This document shows positions 40,902-52,711 of a stretch of 64,000 nt of DNA, in pieces. A program made the translations under genes and the position numbers. Position 1 is the first letter of the stretch. Every line of letters begins with the position of its first letter. The stretch is from an uncultured delta proteobacterium (GTDB lineage Bacteria; Desulfobacterota; Binatia; Bin18): positions 64,001-128,000 of the forward strand of contig CAVTCR010000056.1 in the NCBI GenBank assembly GCA_963733195.1. Direction: 5' to 3'. The notes beneath the pieces are model-generated. The model saw nothing but the letters and a program-made list of their open reading frames with translations. It was not told where the DNA came from and made no database searches.

Positions 40902-42901
40902 TTACGCGCTCATTGCTTCTGCCAGTTCTGTCCAAACGGCATACTGCTCTTCTAACGTCTGTTTGAGTGTTTCGTACTCTTGTGTGAGTTCACGTGCCCG
41001 TTGCGGATTTGTGAAGGTAGTGCCATCCGCCATCAATTGTTCGAGCGTGGACTTACGTTCTTCGAGGGTTGCCACTTTCTTTTCGATTTCCGTGAGCCGT
41101 CGTTCCCGCTTCTGCTGTTCTGCGCGTAAGCTTTCTGCTGTTCATAGGACAACTTGCCACGTTTAGCATCCTGAATGGCGGCTAGCGTTCCAGCTACGTC
41201 ACCAGAGGATCGCGGAGTGTGGATCATAGCTTGGGGATTAGAGGCACGAGCCTTCTTCTGCTGGACCTCGGACTCTGGACTCTGGATTCCGGATATTTTC
41301 TCTTTCCAATGCAGAAATTCTTCGAGAGTCCCAGGATAGACCACAAGCTGGCCTTGCTGCATTTCTATAACCTTGGTGACTAGGCCAGTCAAAAAGTAGC
41401 GGTCATGTGAGACGATCAAGAACGTCCCACCGAACTGTAATAAGGCTTCGCGCAGTACATCCTTGGTGCGCATGTCGAGGTGGTTCGTGGGTTCGTCAAG
41501 AATCAAGAAGTTCGACGGTTGCAGCAGCATCTTGGCTAAAGCTAGGCGACTTTTCTCACCTCCACTGAGAACCATGACTTTTTTATTGACCGCGTCTCCG
41601 GAAAAGAGGAACGCACCCAACAACGTGCGCAGCTCGGGGACCATTGCAAGTGACGCATTCTTGGCAATTTCGTCGTATACCGTACTGTCGCTGCTGAGCC
41701 GGTCGGCTTGTTGTTGAGCGTAGTAATCAAGCACAACCTGATGCCCGAGGCGACGCTCTCCGGTTGTGGCGTCTTCGACACCAGAAAGAATGCGGCTGAG
41801 TGTCGACTTGCCAGCACCGTTAACACCAACCAGCGCCACACGTTCTCCGCGTTCGATAATGAGATTCACATCACGAAAAACCTGCAACGAGCCGTACTGT
41901 TTCCCGACATTTTGTAGCTCTAGCACAACCCGACCACTACGTGGTGCCGGAGGAAAATGAAACCGCACCCCCTTAGGGAGACTTTGCGGCGGCTCGATAC
42001 GTTCAAGCTTATCGAGTTGTTTGACGCGACTCTGGACTTGCGAAGCTTTGCGGGCATTGTAACGAAATGTGTCGATGAAGCGTTGAATCCGCGCAATCTC
42101 TTCTTGTTGTTCCTCGTAGGCTTTCCTGTGGGCTTCGATCTCGAACTCGAACTGTCTCTCAAAGCTTGAGTAATTCCCGGTATATTCTGTGATCGTTTGG
42201 CGATAGAGCGAGGCGACGCGAGTCACGAGGCGATCAAGAAATTCACGGTCATGAGAAATGATGATGACGCTACCGACGTAGGCGCGTAGATACGATTCTA
42301 GCCAGAGCAACGAATCAAGATCAAGATGGTTGGTCGGCTCATCGAGTAACAAAATGTCAGGCTGCTGGAGCAGAAGTTTGGCGAGCGCAAGACGCATCTG
42401 CCAACCACCGCTAAAGGTTTCCGTTAGCTGTTCAAACTGTGATTCGCGGAAACCAAGCCCAGTGAGCACCTTTGCAACTTCTGCATCAGCGCGAAATCCT
42501 CCCAGTTCTTCGAAGCGATGTTGCAGATCTCCGTAGCGGGCGAGCAGCTCGTCATGTTCCTCGCTACTGGCATCGTTACGTTCGAGTGCGTCGTGAATCA
42601 CTGTCAGTTCACGTTGGATCTCGGTGAGTTGCGGGAGGGCTGCGCGAGCTTCGACAAACAGGGTGCGGCCAGTTAGGGTAATACCTTCTTGTGGCAAGTA
42701 TCCGATCGTCGCTTCGCGTCCACGTTGGACAGCCCCACTATCCGGTTCAAGCTGGCCGATGATCAGACGAAAAAGCGTGGTTTTACCCGCGCCGTTCGGG
42801 CCAACGAGGCCAACCCGTTCACCTTTACGCACATGCCAATTGAGGTGTCGAAACAGTTCCTGTCCACCAAACGATAAGGAAAGGTCAATAAATTGTAACA
42901 T
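40902..42901 (-). CDS. ABC-F family ATPase (indel near 3' end)
   Basis: Two ABC domains GPNGAGKT/FSGGW/LLDEPTNHLD and GVNGAGKS/LSGGE; no TM. Confidence 0.92.
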
Positions 42902-43016
42902 GAAAAATGAAATACTCGTGACGAGATTTCTGTGGATTGTAACAAAGGGGAGGAGGGTCAGGTAGGGGCGCGCTTTCACTTGCCTTGTTTTCCTCAATCT
43001 CCTACAGTGCACGGCA

Positions 43017-43592
43017 ATGATGAACTTTGTTCAATACCGTGGGCGTTATGAGGCTGAACTTACGCGATTAAAAGAAGCGTTTGCGCGACTGTCGATGCAG
43101 GAGAAGAGTCGCCGCGTACTCGGGCGCGACAATCCGCTTCTCTACTCATCACGTGCCGTTGGCGTGAGACTGACCGGGGCGGGGTTGTCTGAACAAGTGC
43201 TTTCACGTGAGCTTGAACGGCAGACTGCACAATTTGAGCAGACTGCTTACCAGACGTTGGTTCGCGCACCGCTCCGACAGTTGCCATTACCCGATGCACA
43301 ATGGATTTTTCTTGACTTCACTGGACAAACTGGTGGGTGGCGTTATCAGCGAGCTGCGGCGATCGAAAAATTCCGCACTGCCATCGCGGGTAAATCTCCG
43401 GAGACTATGTGTCGTTTCTTGAGTGGCGGAATTGTGAGCGCTGATTTGCTGAATCGACTCATATTTGAAGAGTTCTCGCGACCAGGAGCATCGTTTCAGA
43501 CAACAGCGAAGCAGCTCAATTGTCGCTTTCAGCTCTGGGTTGCACGCTCTCGTAGTGACATTCCGCGCGGTGCCTGCATTCGTATTGATTAA
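43017..43592 (+). CDS. Hypothetical protein
   Basis: 191-aa ORF with TTGCCT-17-TACAGT promoter just upstream and terminator downstream. Confidence 0.7.
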   Translation: MMNFVQYRGRYEAELTRLKEAFARLSMQEKSRRVLGRDNPLLYSSRAVGVRLTGAGLSEQVLSRELERQTAQFEQTAYQTLVRAPLRQLPLPDAQWIFLDFTGQTGGWRYQRAAAIEKFRTAIAGKSPETMCRFLSGGIVSADLLNRLIFEEFSRPGASFQTTAKQLNCRFQLWVARSRSDIPRGACIRID

Positions 43593-43610
43593 TACGGGGG
43601 AATTGAAGAA

Positions 43611-43644
43611 AAAGAAAAAGGCCCTTGTTCAGGGCCTTTTCTTT
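43611..43644. terminator. Bidirectional rho-independent terminator
   Basis: AAAAAGGCCCT-TGTTC-AGGGCCTTTT between convergent genes. Confidence 0.8.
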
Positions 43645-43680
43645 AGGAGTGCTTCGCTTCGAGGATGTTAGACTACTTGG

Positions 43681-43773
43681 TTACTTCTTTTTTGCGGGTG
43701 CTTTCTTCTTCGCTTTTGAAGCGGTCTTCTTTGCGGGTGCTTTCTTAACTACTTTCTTCTTTGCTGCTGCCAT
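43681..43773 (-). CDS. 30-aa Lys/Ala-rich histone-H1-like microprotein
   Basis: MAAAKKKVVKKAPAKKTASKAKKKAPAKKK*, GGAGG RBS, terminator downstream. Confidence 0.8.
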   Translation of the reverse strand: MAAAKKKVVKKAPAKKTASKAKKKAPAKKK

Positions 43774-43919
43774 AGAGGCCTCCTATCTTTCTGAGTGAGT
43801 TGTGGGAACCCCTCGTAACGAAATTTTTTGTGAAGCGAAGCTCCATACGTCGATCTTTGTAGCAGATCACAATTCATCTCGCAATAAAAAATCGTCACAT
43901 CGTGAAAAAAATTTAATCA

Positions 43920-45276
<1,357 letters not shown>

Positions 45277-45286
45277 CTACAAAATT

Positions 45287-45589
45287 ATGCGTACATTTAG
45301 AAAATTGTGGCTACCGACACTTCTTGTCCTCTACGTGCTCCTTGCACTCTCCTCTGCTGTTGGGGAACACGGGTTTGTCCACCTGTGGAAACTCCGCCAA
45401 GAACAACAGACACTTGAATCCGCAGCGGTGGCGCTGTTGCAAGAAAACAAAGATCTCCGGGATCGCATTACTCGGTTGCAAAATGACAACAGCTATCTAG
45501 AGAAAGTCGTTCGAGAAGAATTAAAGTTTACGAAAAAGGGAGAGATTGTCTATCTTTTCCGTGCTCCGTCTGAACCGTCAGAGCAATAG
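45287..45589 (+). CDS. ftsB: Septum formation initiator FtsB/DivIC
   Basis: TM + G..G + coiled coil + YLEKVVREEL...KGE. Confidence 0.75.
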   Translation: MRTFRKLWLPTLLVLYVLLALSSAVGEHGFVHLWKLRQEQQTLESAAVALLQENKDLRDRITRLQNDNSYLEKVVREELKFTKKGEIVYLFRAPSEPSEQ

Positions 45590-45672
45590 TGGGAAAAAAC
45601 AGTGGGAGACGGAGTCCATGGACTCTCATCTGGCTCGACAGCTCGAAACCTTGCCGGTTGGTAGGCCTAGAC

Positions 45673-46068
45673 TTATTCGTCTTCGGCTCCGCCTCCACCT
45701 TCAGTAAAGTCTTCATATTCGTCCGGATCCATGAGATCTTCAAGTTCAGATTTGTCGCTCAGCTCAATTTCGAGCAACCATCCTTCTCGATAGGGATCTT
45801 CATTGACGAGAGCAGGTTGATCTTCGAGGTCCGCATTGGTTGCGGAAATTGTCCCACTAAGAGGAGCAATCAGATCAGAGACGGTTTTCACCGATTCGAT
45901 CTCGCCAAAGCTCTCTCCGCGCTCGAGGATGTCACCAACGTCCGGTAGCTCAACCGCGATAATTTCTCCAAGTTCGTCCTGCAGATATTCGGAGAGACCG
46001 ACCAGGGCGCGTTTTCCTGAGACGCGCACCCATAGGTGGTCTTCAGTAAACTTGAGATTCTCAGCCAT
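45673..46068 (-). CDS. gcvH: Glycine cleavage system H protein
   Basis: FTEDHLW, ESVK lipoyl site, VNEDPY..GWL. Confidence 0.92.
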   Translation of the reverse strand: MAENLKFTEDHLWVRVSGKRALVGLSEYLQDELGEIIAVELPDVGDILERGESFGEIESVKTVSDLIAPLSGTISATNADLEDQPALVNEDPYREGWLLEIELSDKSELEDLMDPDEYEDFTEGGGGAEDE

Positions 46069-46134
46069 GATTCCTGCTTTGCCTCCTAGGGTCAGTTGTT
46101 AGCGAGCTCCTCTCGCTCTGTCAAGAAAAGTTTG

Positions 46135-46941
46135 TTAGCGTCTCGCCTCTCTACGAAAGAATCGCGTTGTGCCGCGAGATAATACTAGTCCTTGCTCCAT
46201 TTCTCGAACAATTTGTCGCGTGACCTCACGGGGATCCTTCGCGTCACGGATCGGCTTGCCAACAACCAGATAATCCGCACCAATGCGCATGGCTTCTTCT
46301 GGAGTGAGGACACGCTTCTGATCATCCCATGTTTCACCTTGAGATCGAACACCCGGGACGACCAGCAGCAGATTCTTGCCGCATTCACGGCGAATACGGG
46401 TGATTTCCAGTGGTGACGCGACCACGCCATCCATTCCCGCTTCCTGAGCAAGTTTGGCTAAGCGGACGACTTGATTCTCGACTCCAGTGACGACACCCAT
46501 GCGCTTGAGATCGTCTTTGTTTAGGCTGGTAAGAACCGTGACCGCGAGAATCTTGGGCCGACGCAGACTCTCAGTTCTACACACTTTGTTCACGTCAACC
46601 AAAGTCTGATGCATCATCTCCAAACTGCCCGAGGCGTGTAGATCAAACATGCGTACGCCTAACCGTGTGGCCTCGACGCCGGTGCGTGCAACAGTGCGTG
46701 GAATGTCATGAAATTTTAGATCGAGAAATACTTCACCACCTTTATTGTGAATAAAGCGAACGACTTGCGGCCCGCCGTGCAGAAAGAGTTGCTTCCCCAC
46801 CTTGAAGAGGCCGACCTCGTCCTTGAGCAGCGACACATATTCTTTGACCTCAGCCATAGAGGCTACATCAAGGGCAAAGATCAAACGCTGCCTGACTTCA
46901 CTCTGTCGTGAAGAAAGGAAAGGCCATGAGAGGCGTACCAT
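46135..46941 (-). CDS. pyrF: Orotidine-5'-phosphate decarboxylase
   Basis: ALDV, FLDLKFHDIP, VTVLTS, PGVR, DDQKR. Confidence 0.95.
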   Translation of the reverse strand: MVRLSWPFLSSRQSEVRQRLIFALDVASMAEVKEYVSLLKDEVGLFKVGKQLFLHGGPQVVRFIHNKGGEVFLDLKFHDIPRTVARTGVEATRLGVRMFDLHASGSLEMMHQTLVDVNKVCRTESLRRPKILAVTVLTSLNKDDLKRMGVVTGVENQVVRLAKLAQEAGMDGVVASPLEITRIRRECGKNLLLVVPGVRSQGETWDDQKRVLTPEEAMRIGADYLVVGKPIRDAKDPREVTRQIVREMEQGLVLSRGTTRFFRREARR

Positions 46942-48656
46942 TATGTGTTTTCCCGGCTCAGCGACACGAGCGTCTCAACAATCTGACCAACACTAACCTC
47001 GGTTCCTTGCTTCTCTGTTCTGCGTTTCAGTTCGACCATCCCACGTGCGAGAGATTTCGCCCCAATGGTAACGCGCAGTGGAGTGCCGAGTAAATCTGCA
47101 TCTTTGAACTTCACACCTGGACGCTCGTCACGATCATCGAGCAAAGTATCTACACCAGCAGTGAGGAGCTGAGTGTAAATACTTTCTGCTGTCATCCGGC
47201 TTTGTTCGTCACTCCAGTTTACTGGGACAATCTGAACGGCAGCAGGAGCAAGAGGTAACGGCCACTGGATACCATCGGCATCGTGATGCTGCTCGATGGC
47301 TGCGGCAACAGTCCGCGTGATACCGATGCCATAACAACCCATTTCCATCGGATGATCTTGACCTTGCGCGTCCTGATAGGTCGCATTCAGCGTTTTACTA
47401 TACTTCGTTCCGAGGTAGAACGTTTGCCCAACCTCGATTCCGCGGTGAGTGGTAAACGTACCCGTCTCACAACGAGGACACTGATCACCAACCCTGGCTT
47501 GCCGCAGATCTGCGAAACGCAAGTTGGTCAAATCACGTCCGAAGTCGAGTCCAGTCTGATGGTAATCCCGCTCATTTGCTCCACAGACCATTCCCACAGC
47601 ACTGCGTAGCTCATTATCGCTCACCAGCGTTGCCTTAATGCCGATGGGGCCGGCGAATCCAGTTGGAGCGCTAGTGGTGCGAACAACAGTGTCTTCATCT
47701 GCGAGCGCGACCCATTGGCACCCAAGCACATTCTTGAGCTTAGGTTCACTCAGTTCGTGATCTCCGCGAACCAGGGCTGCGATGACGGCTCCAGTATCGG
47801 TCACGTAGATCAGAGTTTTGACGAACCGTTCAGGTGGTTCGCCGAGAAACTTCGAGACTTCTTCAATGGTTCGTTGGTCGGGAGTATGAACTTTCTTCAA
47901 TGACTGCGGACTGCGGACTGCGGACTGAGTGACCGGAGGCGGCAGTTCTGCTTTTTCCACATTGGCAGCGTAGTCACACTTGTCGCAACTGACGATGGCA
48001 TCTTCGCCTGAGTCGGCAAGCACTTGAAACTCGTGTGACATAGTGCCACCGATCGCGCCGGTATCGGCCTCGACGGGACGATAGATGAGGCCACAGCGAT
48101 CAAAGATGCGCCGGTAGGTGTCATACATGTTTTGGTATTCACGACGACAGTCTGTGAAATCTGTGTGAAAGGAATAGGCATCTTTCATAATGAACTCACG
48201 TCCTCGCATGAGGCCGAAGCGTGGACGGACTTCATCGCGAAACTTGGTCTGGATTTGATAGAGGTTTAGTGGCAGATCCCGGTAGGAGCGAATTTCGCGC
48301 CGCACGATATCTGTAACCACTTCTTCATGCGTGGGACCAAAGCAAAAGTCTCGCTCATGGCGGTCCTTAATCCGTAGTAACTCTTTTCCGTAATGCTCCC
48401 AGCGGCCACTTTCTTGCCACAACTCGGCAGGGCATACCGATGGCATCAGGATTTCTTGAGCGCCGGCTCTATTCATTTCTTCGCGAACGATCGCCTCGAC
48501 CTTTCGTACGACTTTCAGTCCAAGCGGAAGAAAGTCGTAAATCCCACGTGCGACCTGGCGAATCAGACCAGCACGTACGAGGAGTTTGTGGCTAATCACC
48601 TCCGCTTCCGTAGGATCATGGCGAAGTGTGGGAATAAACGTATGACGATAGCGCAT
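46941..48656 (-). CDS. proS: Proline--tRNA ligase
   Basis: GPTHEE, FRDEVRPRFGLMRGREF.MKD, INS editing domain, MGCYGIG. Confidence 0.97.
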   Translation of the reverse strand: MRYRHTFIPTLRHDPTEAEVISHKLLVRAGLIRQVARGIYDFLPLGLKVVRKVEAIVREEMNRAGAQEILMPSVCPAELWQESGRWEHYGKELLRIKDRHERDFCFGPTHEEVVTDIVRREIRSYRDLPLNLYQIQTKFRDEVRPRFGLMRGREFIMKDAYSFHTDFTDCRREYQNMYDTYRRIFDRCGLIYRPVEADTGAIGGTMSHEFQVLADSGEDAIVSCDKCDYAANVEKAELPPPVTQSAVRSPQSLKKVHTPDQRTIEEVSKFLGEPPERFVKTLIYVTDTGAVIAALVRGDHELSEPKLKNVLGCQWVALADEDTVVRTTSAPTGFAGPIGIKATLVSDNELRSAVGMVCGANERDYHQTGLDFGRDLTNLRFADLRQARVGDQCPRCETGTFTTHRGIEVGQTFYLGTKYSKTLNATYQDAQGQDHPMEMGCYGIGITRTVAAAIEQHHDADGIQWPLPLAPAAVQIVPVNWSDEQSRMTAESIYTQLLTAGVDTLLDDRDERPGVKFKDADLLGTPLRVTIGAKSLARGMVELKRRTEKQGTEVSVGQIVETLVSLSRENT

Positions 48657-48907
48657 GAGTAATATTCTGTCGCAACTAGCAATAATTTCGGGAACATTAG
48701 ACAGTGCAAGGGAAAGGTGTCAAGCCGGGCGAAGGGAGGAGAGAAATGGGAAGAGGCGAAAATCTTTTTCCTTCCCCGAACGAAAGCGTGTACACTAGGA
48801 AAGTTATGCTGTTTCTTGCCAACAACCGTGCAAAACCTCCTTCTTTCTGGTCGATATTCTCTAGGAGATCCTTCGTCAATACTTCTCATGCGAAAGACCT
48901 CCCGGCT

Positions 48908-49144
48908 ATGAGCAATTTTTTTGGCAGACGCGTCAAAATCCTTCTGGTGATTCTAGGCCTCGGGGCCGGGATTGGTATTTTGTACTCAATCCACCGTGAC
49001 GCTGGGATCGGTGCAGCGATTATTGCTACCTACGGTGGACTGTATTACCTCTATCGGAAAATCGGGAACCCGAAGCAGAAAGATCACTACCCGATCGTTC
49101 GTTATCGGGGATACCCAGTACGGAAAAAGAAGTTTTTCTTGTGA
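48908..49144 (+). CDS. Small two-TM hypothetical protein
   Basis: Two hydrophobic helices; GTGA overlap with next gene. Confidence 0.55.
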   Translation: MSNFFGRRVKILLVILGLGAGIGILYSIHRDAGIGAAIIATYGGLYYLYRKIGNPKQKDHYPIVRYRGYPVRKKKFFL

Positions 49145-49497
49145 AACTCTTTGTTGGGCTCCTGACGGTTATTGCTCTGGCCAGTGTTGCGTGGGCTGGG
49201 ACGCTCAGCGAAGCCGAGAAGATTGAGCAACTTCTCAAATCGGTTGAGGTAATGCAAGCTCGTTTCATAAGGAACGGGACCGAGTATGACGCTAAACAGG
49301 CCGCGGATCACCTTCGCCTCAAAATACGCAAAGCCGGTAGTCGGATACAGACTGCCGAAGACTTTATCAAGTATTGTGGATCGCAATCCTCAATGTCTGG
49401 GGAAAAATATCGGATCAAATTTGCTGACGGGCGTGAGATTGAGTCTGAAGCGTATCTGCGGGAGAAGCTCAAAGAGATCGAGGCTGGGTCGGAGTAG
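49141..49497 (+). CDS. DUF5329 family exported protein
   Basis: FIRNG.EY...AADHLR.K, TAEDFI...S.SSMSG.KY. Confidence 0.8.
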   Translation: MKLFVGLLTVIALASVAWAGTLSEAEKIEQLLKSVEVMQARFIRNGTEYDAKQAADHLRLKIRKAGSRIQTAEDFIKYCGSQSSMSGEKYRIKFADGREIESEAYLREKLKEIEAGSE

Positions 49498-49504
49498 ACA
49501 TTTC

Positions 49505-49635
49505 CAATGTGGCAACATCAAGGCAAGCGTCGTGAAGCTCACCGTATGTTATCCGAGATCTACAACTGGTTTACCAAAGGGTTTCACACGAGAGATTTGC
49601 AAGCAGCGAAGGCGTTATTGGAAGCGCTACATTGG
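49505..49635 (+). pseudogene. C-terminal fragment of cyclase/AAA-ATPase/TPR protein
   Basis: WQHQGK..EA..ML.EIYNWFTKGFHT.DL..AKALL tail motif. Confidence 0.65.
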
Positions 49636-49678
49636 ACTACGAATGGCTTGGCACACCGCCGTGTATCCGCGCTTCATC

Positions 49679-49822
49679 CTAGACATAGTCATCCGTCCGG
49701 TTGCGATTCTGTGGACACGAACTACAGCCAGGTTTTTGCTTGCGAGCTGGCCACAACGAACGACTCACATACAGTGCTGCCACAGTGATAACGACGAGAA
49801 CAATGAGAGTTTGAGTGTCCAT
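49679..49822 (-). CDS. FeoB-associated Cys-rich small membrane protein (47 aa)
   Basis: MDTQTLIVLVVITVAALYVSRSLWPARKQKPGCSSCPQNRNRTDDYV downstream of feoB. Confidence 0.75.
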   Translation of the reverse strand: MDTQTLIVLVVITVAALYVSRSLWPARKQKPGCSSCPQNRNRTDDYV

Positions 49823-49970
49823 ACGAAAAAAGTAGTCAGTAGTCAGCATTCAGTAGTCAGTAGAAAAAAGGCGAAACAACGAAAAGGGAAAAGGGCGAGG
49901 CCATGGCGATCTGTGTTCATTTTTGACTTTTGCCCTTTGACTTTTGCCTTTTGATTTTTCCTTAGTTTTC

Positions 49971-52190
49971 TTACATTCCTATCAGCCTGCTCCCCACCTG
50001 ATATACCACCAAAGCTCCCAGATACGCTAAGCTTGTCATGTACACAAAAGTAAAGGTCGCATACCACCACGATCCAGTCTCTCGCTTAATGGTCGCCAGG
50101 GTTGCACCACACTGACAGCAAAGAGCAAAGAACACCATAACTGACAAGGCCACTATCGGTGTGTATACGGGCCGACCATCCGGCCAGCGTTCTGCTTGCA
50201 TCGCACTGCGCAGTTCTACACTTTCTTCGCTCTGTTCGTTGCCCAGATTGTAGATGGTCCCAAGTGCGGCGATAATCACTTCTCGTGCAGGGAAACTGGC
50301 TAACGTCGCCATGCCAATCTTCCAATCCCAGCCCAATGGACGAACCAACGGTTCAATCGCATGTCCAGCTTGACCGAGATAGCTCTCACGCAAACGTATC
50401 CCAGCCTCTTCGGTTGCCAAACGGGCTTGTTCTTCGGTTGTTGCGGTTGCTCGTCTATTACGGAACTCTTCGGTGAGTTGGGGTTGAGTTGGATAATAAG
50501 AGAGTGCCCATACGAGGACAGTTGTTGCCAGGATAATCGTTCCGGCGCGACGAAGAAATGCGAGACTCCGGTCATACATACGAAAGAGCACCACCCGCCA
50601 TGCAGGGATTTTGAAAGGCGGAAGTTCAAGCAAAAAAGGAACAGATTCTCCACGTAGCATGGTTCGTTTCAGTAACAGCGCGATAGGCGGAGCTACAATC
50701 AAGCCGAGGGTATACATCACAAACAAGGTCAATCCTTGGAGTCCCACCACACCCCAGATCGTGTGGTTGGGAATAAAAGCCGAGATGAAGAGGACATATA
50801 CCGGCAGTCGCGCACTGCAACTCATTAGTGGCGCGATGAGAATGGTAGCAATACGATCGCGATGGTTATCGATCGATCGTGTCGCCATGATCCCAGGGAC
50901 CGCGCAAGCGAAAGAAGACAATAATGGGATAAAGCTCCGGCCCGAGAGGCCAAAGCTCGCCATAACACGGTCCATCAAAAACGCGGCGCGCGCCATATAG
51001 CCAGAGTCTTCAAGAAGAGCGATGAGGCCGAACAAAACCGCAATCTGTGGAACAAACGTTACGACGGCGCCGACACCCCCAATGACTCCATCGACGATGA
51101 GACTCTGCAATGGACCGTCAGGGAACAAGGTGCGCACTTTTGATCCCAGTACCAAGCAGGCCCCCTCGATGGTGTCCATGAGCGGTGCTGCCCAGGAGAA
51201 AATGGACTGAAAAGTAAAGGCCATTGCCACAAGGAAGACAAGCAGGCCCCAGAATTTATGGGTGACAATCTGATCAATGCGATCCGTCCAGGTCGGACTG
51301 ACAGTGAGTGGTTGGCGGACGACTGCCGCAATTGTTTCCGTAATCCACTGGTAACGGGCATTGGTTTCGATTTGTGGCAGTGACGTTTCTGTAGTGACGA
51401 GCCGTTCTCGGGCAGCGCGGACAGTAGTAACTATACTCTCTCCCAGTTCACGCACGAGTTCCTGTTCGATCGATCCTCCGGCATCGATGAGCAAACGTTC
51501 GATGAGAAAGCGTGGCAGTTGGCGTTGCCCATTGGCAAGCGCAACTTCGACCGTATCAACTTCACGGGTAAATGTTTCGGGCAGCCGAATGAGCGAGGGA
51601 GGGGAGGCCTGTGTCCGGATCGCCTGTCGTAATTTTTGTTGAAGGGCAGAAAGCCCCACACGTCGAGCGGCGTGGACAGGGATCACCGGAATGCTAAGTC
51701 GTTGTTGCAACGCTTCGACATCAATGAGAATCCCTTGCTTCTGCGCCAGGTCCATCATCGTTAAGGCGACGACCACCGGTCTTCCGGTTTCCAGGACTTG
51801 CGTGAGCAAATAGAGATTACGATCGAGATTGGTGGCGTCGAGAACACAGAGTACAGCATCTGGTGCAGGAATGTCTTTGCCATAGCCAAGAAGCACGCTG
51901 ACAGCAAGCATCTCGTCTGGCGCGCGTGGAGCCAAGGAATAAGTTCCAGGAAGATCGACGGCAAGAAACCGATCGCCGTCGATGGTCAATTCGCCGAGTG
52001 CACTTTCAACTGTGACGCCAGGATAATTGCCAGTGTGTTGGCTCAGGCCAGTGAGGGCATTGAAGAGGGTCGTCTTGCCGGTGTTCGGGTTTCCGATAAC
52101 TGCAATGAGGTAGCGTCGTTCAACCAACCGATGCGATAGCGGAGTAGTGTTGCCAATAGGAGTAGCGGAGCGAGAGGCCGTTGCGGCCAT
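49971..52190 (-). CDS. feoB: Ferrous iron transporter B
   Basis: GNPNTGKT, NYPGVT, DLPGTYS, EDSGYMARAA, MSCSARLP. Confidence 0.97.
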   Translation of the reverse strand: MAATASRSATPIGNTTPLSHRLVERRYLIAVIGNPNTGKTTLFNALTGLSQHTGNYPGVTVESALGELTIDGDRFLAVDLPGTYSLAPRAPDEMLAVSVLLGYGKDIPAPDAVLCVLDATNLDRNLYLLTQVLETGRPVVVALTMMDLAQKQGILIDVEALQQRLSIPVIPVHAARRVGLSALQQKLRQAIRTQASPPSLIRLPETFTREVDTVEVALANGQRQLPRFLIERLLIDAGGSIEQELVRELGESIVTTVRAARERLVTTETSLPQIETNARYQWITETIAAVVRQPLTVSPTWTDRIDQIVTHKFWGLLVFLVAMAFTFQSIFSWAAPLMDTIEGACLVLGSKVRTLFPDGPLQSLIVDGVIGGVGAVVTFVPQIAVLFGLIALLEDSGYMARAAFLMDRVMASFGLSGRSFIPLLSSFACAVPGIMATRSIDNHRDRIATILIAPLMSCSARLPVYVLFISAFIPNHTIWGVVGLQGLTLFVMYTLGLIVAPPIALLLKRTMLRGESVPFLLELPPFKIPAWRVVLFRMYDRSLAFLRRAGTIILATTVLVWALSYYPTQPQLTEEFRNRRATATTEEQARLATEEAGIRLRESYLGQAGHAIEPLVRPLGWDWKIGMATLASFPAREVIIAALGTIYNLGNEQSEESVELRSAMQAERWPDGRPVYTPIVALSVMVFFALCCQCGATLATIKRETGSWWYATFTFVYMTSLAYLGALVVYQVGSRLIGM

Positions 52191-52208
52191 AAGTGTTCAT
52201 GCCTCGCA

Positions 52209-52436
52209 TTATGCTGGATCAAGAACGATCCGACGGGCTTCATTGCGACGGAGCGCGATATTGAAGCCGCGAATCCGTATCTGCATTGGATCGCCGAGCG
52301 GCGCGAATCTGACAACTTGTACGGATTGGCCAGGGGTGAAGCCCAATTCAGAGAGTCGCTGGGTGAGGCCATCAAGGCCGCTGATAGAGCTGATACGCCC
52401 TGCTTGCGTTGGTAAAAGGTCAGCCAGAGTTTTCAT
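52209..52436 (-). CDS. feoA: Ferrous iron transport protein A
   Basis: RLSELGFTPG, APLGDP, IALRRNEA. Confidence 0.93.
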   Translation of the reverse strand: MKTLADLLPTQAGRISSISGLDGLTQRLSELGFTPGQSVQVVRFAPLGDPMQIRIRGFNIALRRNEARRIVLDPA

Positions 52437-52472
52437 GGCGTAAATGATAATGATTCTCAATTTCATTGTCAA
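52437..52472 (-). promoter_or_regulatory. sigma70 promoter with overlapping Fur-like box
   Basis: TTGACA-17-TATCAT-7nt-ATG; GATAATGATTCTCAATT iron-box-like sequence. Confidence 0.75.
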
Positions 52473-52711
52473 TCAAGAGTACAATCCACATCGCTCCCGC
52501 CGGAGTGCTTGCGGGCGCTACTTTCAGACGACGTGTTGTGTATACGTTAACCGTTACAGGATTAGGACAGTATGTAAGGCTTGCTGTCCGACCGTAGCTT
52601 CGTCTGACAAAAGCCCTATACCGCAACTCATCCAAAATATGCTAGGGTAAAAAACAAAGAGAAGTTCATCGGACTTGGAGGGGGAATCTCTTCAGTTCAA
52701 TAGGGAGTTTT

